DNA of 64,000 bases from an uncultured archaeon. Its GTDB lineage: Archaea > Asgardarchaeota > Thorarchaeia > Thorarchaeales > Thorarchaeaceae. Positions 58,373-64,000 of the stretch are shown one piece after another (within the stretch, counting starts at the first letter, position 1; each line of letters starts with the position of its first letter). The position numbers were made by a program, and so were the translations under genes. The stretch spans positions 128,001 to 192,000 of the forward strand of contig CAYYQL010000001.1 in the NCBI GenBank assembly GCA_964473825.1, read 5' to 3'. The notes below the pieces were generated by a model. That model was not told the DNA's origin. It worked only from the letters and a program-made list of their open reading frames with translations, and searched no databases.

Positions 58373-59443
58373 ATGGATTACAAGGAAAGCATGCTAGAAG
58401 TCATTGGAAACACTCCTCTACTCAAACTCAACAGAGTTGGCAAGGACGTTCCCGCAAACGTATTCGTAAAACTCGAACATCTCAATCCCAGTGGAAGCTA
58501 TAAAGACAGAATGGCACTATCCATGATTGAAGCCGCTGAGAGGGGCGACACTTGGAACGGAAAGAAGCTTGAACCAGGCGGCACTGTCTGTGACGCGTCT
58601 GCCGGAAATACAGCTCCTGCCCTAGCATTTGTCTGTGCCATGAAAGGCTACAAAATCAAACTCTGTACTTATGCTCACTTCCTTCACTCAGGCGACAAGA
58701 ACATGAGCGCTAGGCTAAAAATCAGCTCGGCCTTCGGGGCAAATCACTATCCTTGCCCGTTGCCGTGCGACGAAGTACTCGATGCGTTTGAAACAGACAA
58801 GGAACGCAGATTTGCGGTCATAATCGCCGGTAAGCATCACATGTATGAGATGGAACGTGATAATCCTGACGTTGTCTGGGTAGACCAGATCTACAACGAT
58901 GCAAACTGGAAGGGCCAGATGCCTATGGGCGAGGAGATTCACACCCAACTCGAGGGTAAGATCGACGCGTGGGGAGCCTCTGTGGGTTCTGGAGCAACAT
59001 TTCTAGGTGTTGCAACGGCCCTCAAGAACCATGGTGTAGAACCATATACATTCGGTGTAGTTCCTGACGAAGGAACAAGTCTTGTAGATATCAGCACCGA
59101 TATCATGGATAGCACGACCATGGGCCGACCCCCGCTCCGCATGAAGATCTGTGAGATGCTCGGACTTGATAAATGGGTAACAGAAGACTCGATTGTTGAG
59201 AAGATGTACAAGAGAGGTTATCCGGATGAATGGTTCGGAGTGACACAGGATGATGCTCGAAATATGGCCAACAGGCTATGCAAGGAGGAAGGCATCTATT
59301 GTGGTATGTCGTCAGGAGCAAACGTTCACGCAGCGCTGCAAATAGCTGAACGACTTGATGAGGGACAGAATATTGTGACCGTCATTGTCGATCGCCGTGA
59401 CAGATACATGGACGAGTATCCAGAGGACAAGTACGTGGTCTAG
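58373..59443 (+). CDS. Cysteine-synthase/CBS-family PLP enzyme (divergent)
   Basis: IGNTPL, KLEHLNPSGSYKDR, SAGNT, GSGAT, EEGIYCGMSSGAN, DRY. Confidence 0.87.
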   Translation: MDYKESMLEVIGNTPLLKLNRVGKDVPANVFVKLEHLNPSGSYKDRMALSMIEAAERGDTWNGKKLEPGGTVCDASAGNTAPALAFVCAMKGYKIKLCTYAHFLHSGDKNMSARLKISSAFGANHYPCPLPCDEVLDAFETDKERRFAVIIAGKHHMYEMERDNPDVVWVDQIYNDANWKGQMPMGEEIHTQLEGKIDAWGASVGSGATFLGVATALKNHGVEPYTFGVVPDEGTSLVDISTDIMDSTTMGRPPLRMKICEMLGLDKWVTEDSIVEKMYKRGYPDEWFGVTQDDARNMANRLCKEEGIYCGMSSGANVHAALQIAERLDEGQNIVTVIVDRRDRYMDEYPEDKYVV

Positions 59444-59497
59444 ATGATGCTCGCCGATACTTTCAAACTAAAGGAGATGTAAAAAACGCCAATCAAT

Positions 59498-60655
59498 ATG
59501 GAAAGAGCTAAGGGAATCATGAAGGAGAGGAATCTGGATGCACTCCTTGCTTCCTCCCCTGAGAATTTCTTCTACGCAGGTGACCTCTATATTCCGTTCA
59601 TAGACCGTTTTCGCGGGTTCTCTAGCGGATTCGGACAGTTCGTGCTGTTACCCCTTAACGGAGATCCCGTGTTATGCGTGACAGCCCTTGATGCAGATCT
59701 GGCCAAAGTGGTTTCACCCATTAAAGACCAGAGATTCACAAAGACATGGGCTTACTTCAAGAGGGAAGAAGGTGATGAAATCGATGTCTACGAGAACACG
59801 GTTGTGGCACTTGAAGACGTTCTGAAAGAGAAAGGGCTCATGAAGGCGAGAATTGGCATCGAAGAGAAAACACTCCCTATCGTTGACTACCGTAAGATTG
59901 TAGAGAAACTGCCAGATGCCAAGTTTGAGAATGCATCCAAGACCTTCTTAGACATAAGGGCGGTCAAAATCCAGGAGGAAGTCGACCGCATAAAGAGAGC
60001 CTGCGAAATCTCCGAAAAGGGATTCGAGGCTGCCTTCTCGGTGGCGAAAGAAGGAGCCACAGAAGCGGACTTCTTGGGAGCATTCCAGCTTGAAATCACC
60101 AAGCAAGGTGGTTACATGCACAAGGGCCTGATTCATCAGAATCTCACCATCGGAAAGGAATCTGCAACAGTCAGAAGGGGTTGGCCTCTGGAGCACAAAT
60201 TGAAGAAAGGAGATGTTATGAGGTTTGATGGGGGCGCCATATATTACGGCTATCGTTGTGATTTCGCTCGCTGTCGTGTACTGGGGAAGCCTTCTGAAAA
60301 AATTCTGAAACTATACAATGCCCTCACTGAGGCAGAGAAGCGTATCATCGACATGATAGAGCCTGGCGTCAAGTTCTCAGACCTCTTTAAGACCGGAATT
60401 AAGACAGTCCGAGAGATGGGATATCCCGACTTCGAACGGTCCCATCTCGGCCACGGACTCGGTCTGATAACAGAGGAAGAACCTCTAGTGAATCCCAACA
60501 ACGACATCGAGCTTGAGGAGAACATGGTCCTCTCTATAGAGGTCCCATACTACTGGACTGGGGTTGCAGGGTTCAACGTTGAAGATGTAGTCCATGTCAC
60601 TTCTGGTGGCCATGACATATTCACGCCCAATCTCCATCGAGGACTGGAACTCTAG
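59498..60655 (+). CDS. M24 Xaa-Pro peptidase/creatinase-fold protein
   Basis: RAVK..EE, D.G, Y..D..R, GHGLG, E.P, VED. Confidence 0.9.
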   Translation: MERAKGIMKERNLDALLASSPENFFYAGDLYIPFIDRFRGFSSGFGQFVLLPLNGDPVLCVTALDADLAKVVSPIKDQRFTKTWAYFKREEGDEIDVYENTVVALEDVLKEKGLMKARIGIEEKTLPIVDYRKIVEKLPDAKFENASKTFLDIRAVKIQEEVDRIKRACEISEKGFEAAFSVAKEGATEADFLGAFQLEITKQGGYMHKGLIHQNLTIGKESATVRRGWPLEHKLKKGDVMRFDGGAIYYGYRCDFARCRVLGKPSEKILKLYNALTEAEKRIIDMIEPGVKFSDLFKTGIKTVREMGYPDFERSHLGHGLGLITEEEPLVNPNNDIELEENMVLSIEVPYYWTGVAGFNVEDVVHVTSGGHDIFTPNLHRGLEL

Positions 60656-60667
60656 GAGTGCTAAGCC

Positions 60668-61069
60668 ATGAAATACGAAGATTGTGTGCTCAAACCACGG
60701 CCGAGTGAGGAAATCCAACACCATGATAGCTCTGTAATGAACAAGACAGGGCAATCGTATGTGCTGCTTGATGACATTCACTACGATGGCGCGGGGATTC
60801 GAGTCACCACACGGCACATTGATGATGTCCCTGAGGACATGCCAGACTATGTAGAGCTGCATACTCATGACGTAGACCAGGTCTTCATATTCCTCGATGA
60901 ACCAGGAAATAAGAATCCTCTACAGGCTGAAATTACGCTCGAAGACGAAAAGTACATTGTAACTGCTCCCGTTTCTGTGTTCATTCCCAAAGAGGTCCCT
61001 CATTCTCAAAGAGTGATCAAGGGTACGGGCAGAATGGTTACAATCTTGAAGAAGGGGAAATACCCCTAG
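60668..61069 (+). CDS. Cupin-domain protein
   Basis: HTHDVDQ and FIPKEVPH cupin motifs. Confidence 0.8.
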   Translation: MKYEDCVLKPRPSEEIQHHDSSVMNKTGQSYVLLDDIHYDGAGIRVTTRHIDDVPEDMPDYVELHTHDVDQVFIFLDEPGNKNPLQAEITLEDEKYIVTAPVSVFIPKEVPHSQRVIKGTGRMVTILKKGKYP

Positions 61070-61129
61070 CAACCATGGACTCTGACTCTGAGACCTCCTA
61101 TACCTCCAAGAGTCGAAAACGACCTCCTC

Positions 61130-61175
61130 GGGATGTGAAGGATGGGTAGACCTTCACATCCCCTACTTTTTTTTT
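61130..61175 (+). terminator. Hairpin + T9 intrinsic-type terminator
   Basis: GGGATGTGAAGG (61130-61141) / CCTTCACATCCC (61151-61162), then T9 at 61167-61175. Confidence 0.75.
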
Positions 61176-61279
61176 CTCCCATGAACGAGTTTCAAGCAGA
61201 TACTCAGTAGCTGAAAAGCGGTGGCAAGAATTCCTTCAATCTCCCGTGCAAGGACGACCATTGGATCTGACCATGGGAG

Positions 61280-62467
61280 CTATTCACTTGCGGCAAGATC
61301 CACTGAACCGCGCACTTGGGTGGATATCAGTGTGGCTGCAAACATTATTGCCCCCGCTATCTTGAAGCCGAGAGACATAGAGAAAATCATGACAATATAT
61401 CCGCCGACAATTGCTCCGAAGCCCCGGCCGATATTGTCTATTGTTGACATATAACCTGAGGTCATCGAGCGGGCACCCTCGGGAGAGTTATCCGCCAGCA
61501 TTATCCATTCTGATGTGACCCTTACACCCGTTGCCAGGCCAGTCAAAAAGAGAACAGCTGTGAGCTCAAAGGGAGCTTGAATCTCCGATAGCACATAGTA
61601 GAGGAATCCAAGTACTGCATAGGAACCCACAAGGGCCCATCTGTAGTCAATCCTGTCAAGCATGCGCCCCAGAGGAAATCGAGCAATCAAATCAGCTGCA
61701 CCCATCGCGGCAAGCATAAGTGTTATTGTAGATGGAAGAAACAAGAGATTGACCTCTGCATGCACTACGAAGAATGCCCCAAAAAACCCGAAAGTTGTAG
61801 CATAGAGAAAACGGAGAAAACTAACGAAATTCACATTCCTAGAGCGCACAAGTAAGCCCAGCTCTTTAATCACGTTGCGCTCAGAACCAGTTTCAGCTAT
61901 ACCTAACTGAACAGACCCCTTCACAAACAGAAATGGAAGAACACCCAGTAAAGGTATGGAAGACGAAATGAGGAATATCTGTGCATAATTCATAGAAAGG
62001 AGTAGCAGCGAAGAGATGACTGGACCGATTGTCGCCGCTATTCCGTAGGCACACAAATAGAAACCCATTGCTTCTCCCCTTCTACCATCTGGCGCCATCT
62101 TCTGAGAAGCTGCAATGCCCACAGACACCAACGGGGCTATGGTTATTGCATGAAAAATCTGAGTAAACAAGAAGCAGTTTGAAGTAGTACATACGGAATA
62201 GAGAACCTGAGTTATAGCCTGCCCACTCGCCGAAAAGGCAAGGGCCTTCTGCATCGTCGATCTTTGTGCAAGGATTCCTGCTGGTAGCTTAGTGAAGGTA
62301 AGGACAAAAGACAATATGCCCATTACAGCCCCTATCTCAAGGGACCCAGCTCCCAAGACTAAGAGGTGAAGAGGTAGAATTGGCAGACTGATGTTGTAAG
62401 CAAGAAAGATGGCCAGCGTGGAGATCACTAAAAGAAAGAACTCTTTCGGATAATCCTGGAATTTCAA
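61280..62467 (-). CDS. MFS transporter (paralog of 55331..56530)
   Basis: 12-TM pattern; TTG start chosen by alignment with the paralog. Confidence 0.85.
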   Translation of the reverse strand: MKFQDYPKEFFLLVISTLAIFLAYNISLPILPLHLLVLGAGSLEIGAVMGILSFVLTFTKLPAGILAQRSTMQKALAFSASGQAITQVLYSVCTTSNCFLFTQIFHAITIAPLVSVGIAASQKMAPDGRRGEAMGFYLCAYGIAATIGPVISSLLLLSMNYAQIFLISSSIPLLGVLPFLFVKGSVQLGIAETGSERNVIKELGLLVRSRNVNFVSFLRFLYATTFGFFGAFFVVHAEVNLLFLPSTITLMLAAMGAADLIARFPLGRMLDRIDYRWALVGSYAVLGFLYYVLSEIQAPFELTAVLFLTGLATGVRVTSEWIMLADNSPEGARSMTSGYMSTIDNIGRGFGAIVGGYIVMIFSMSLGFKIAGAIMFAATLISTQVRGSVDLAASE

Positions 62468-62695
62468 AGATATTCTTCTCCTAAATACCGTCAAGTGTAT
62501 ACAGCTACCCCCTCCTAAGAGCAATATCGGGTATATCACGGTTATTATTCAAACATCTGAGAAATACCGTGTCTGAGCAGAAAAAACTGCCGCCGTCTCC
62601 TCATTAAGTAGAGCTGCCCTCACCAGGGAGAAAGCCTCAATGTGCATTTAGAAGTCCATGAACCAAAGTGTTGAGGCTCAGTCAAATTGGTGGTA

Positions 62696-63661
62696 CTATC
62701 CAATTGCGCCACGGATTCTTGCATGGTCATCTCTAAAGCGCAAGTCTATGAACGAATTCAGCTCTCCTAATTCAGGATGATGGAGTTGCGGATCGAGAAT
62801 TGTACGGAACTCCCATTTTTCATCGTCAGCGGGCTTCATCTCTATCAGTCCAACACCTAGACTCTTGGCCTCTGATAGGATGTTCCTTGCGTCTCGTCCG
62901 CTTCTTTCAAAGTCAACATCCTTTATCCATTCGAAGATTAGATAGGGTCTATGGCTGTATATGCTGTTGGCCTTGGTCTCATACACTGCCTCCAGAACAA
63001 GGGTGTTATGTTTCCATACATCAGCTGTAATAACCTCAAGATGCGTGCCCGGAACGAAGTCGTATTTCATGATGGTCAAGATTGAAATATCAGGAACGAG
63101 GGGAGCCCGTCGCCCCGTCCTTGATTGTACTGTAATTTTCGAGATGTAGAGATTTGGTGGCGACGGCTCATAGTTTGGTTTCAGCTTTCTATCAAAGTAG
63201 CTCTTCACTGCTTCATGGAGTTCCTCATCGCTTGTTGCTCCTAGGCCATTATTATAGTGCTCTTCATCTCCAACAGAAGAGTCATCAACAATCAGGGCTG
63301 TCCTCCCGTAACGCCCTCTCCCAACCACAACCTTCCCCTCATTGACGAGTTTGGCTTGAACAGCATAGAATTCCTCCGGAGCCATCCCAAGGGATTCGTA
63401 GATCTTGTCATTAGAAACAAACGACCCATCCCTCGGAAGCTTGGAAAGAACTCTCTGTCTTGGAGTCCCCATCCGCCTGATCGGTCCGCCTCGACCTCGG
63501 CCGATCTTTGCCAAACCAGCTTCTACTAGTTCTCGCTTGGCCTCAGAGTAGTCAGGATCCTCAAGACTGGAGAGCTCTCGCAGTTTGCTGTCAGCAATGA
63601 AATCAAGTGAAAGAGGTAAGTTGTCCTCCAGTATTCTGGCGTTTTTTGAGAGGCCGACCAT
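62696..63661 (-). CDS. Tandem wHTH (GRGRxG repeat) + restriction-endonuclease-like domain protein
   Basis: Two repeats LP.....(S)..L...Y......LV..G....GRGR.G; C-terminal PDI...LEVITADVWK, AVYE, SHRPYL, LGVGLI. Confidence 0.6.
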   Translation of the reverse strand: MVGLSKNARILEDNLPLSLDFIADSKLRELSSLEDPDYSEAKRELVEAGLAKIGRGRGGPIRRMGTPRQRVLSKLPRDGSFVSNDKIYESLGMAPEEFYAVQAKLVNEGKVVVGRGRYGRTALIVDDSSVGDEEHYNNGLGATSDEELHEAVKSYFDRKLKPNYEPSPPNLYISKITVQSRTGRRAPLVPDISILTIMKYDFVPGTHLEVITADVWKHNTLVLEAVYETKANSIYSHRPYLIFEWIKDVDFERSGRDARNILSEAKSLGVGLIEMKPADDEKWEFRTILDPQLHHPELGELNSFIDLRFRDDHARIRGAIG

Positions 63662-64000
63662 TATTCACAATCCCCATGCATCAATTCCGATTCTGATTCA
63701 CTAAAAGTCTTTCTATGTGAAGCATAACGACCAATGAGAGCAACTCTAGACCCATTTTCCTACCTTTGGTGTTACGGCGAAACCATGATGGTACCAGATC
63801 AGATAGCCTTTCGCTCATAATAGTAAAAGAAAAAGGATGCCGTCGTTTATTCGTCTTCGCTGCATTTATCAGTGCCTGATTATCCGCCCTCTTCATGCCC
63901 CCAAGATTGGATTATTCATTAATCGAAAAATACTGGCCAGCTATGAAGGCAATGCTCTATCTCAATACTGCATCCACAGGCGTTCCGTCTCAACCAGTTG

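Noticed and set aside
63681-63896. 71-aa minus-strand ORF
   Set aside because: No recognisable motif; may be non-coding
1-64000. CRISPR arrays, rRNA, transposases or prophage genes
   Set aside because: No periodic repeats, rRNA-like tracts or mobility genes recognised by inspection

Overview
Archaeal genomic window, most likely Asgard (Thorarchaeia-like). This is inferred from the archaeal Sec11-type signal peptidase, archaeal TATA and GGAGGTG signals, and longin/small-GTPase eukaryote-signature proteins. The first ~34 kb is mostly housekeeping. It holds an ABC exporter, MFS, kbl-like aminotransferase, ppa, and nadA divergent from an NAD-kinase-wHTH fusion followed by a beta-CASP nuclease. 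It also holds a tandem pair of longin-(pseudo)GTPase-longin-2xwHTH proteins, an orphan Alw26I/Eco31I/Esp3I-type m6A plus circularly permuted m5C methyltransferase pair, tRNA-Cys near cysS, a LarA-family enzyme, and a feo operon with split FeoB, a DtxR regulator and operators. From ~34.1 to 62.5 kb lies a ~28 kb accessory catabolic island: a Dpp/Opp ABC transporter, 2 MFS, 3 C45 Ntn-hydrolases, M19, M14/AstE, M20 and M24 hydrolases, 2 MmgE/PrpD, 3 PLP enzymes, a NadX-like dehydrogenase and a cupin. Many of these enzymes carry altered catalytic or metal residues, and the promoters share a CGAATATT-like motif. The best candidates for an undescribed system are (1) the GTPase/pseudo-GTPase pair with NPRL2/NPRL3 (GATOR1)-like C-terminal halves, (2) the divergent-enzyme catabolic island, and (3) a pseudo-NAD-kinase-wHTH regulator with paired operators at nadA. 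All family calls come from motif recognition only; no database searches were run.
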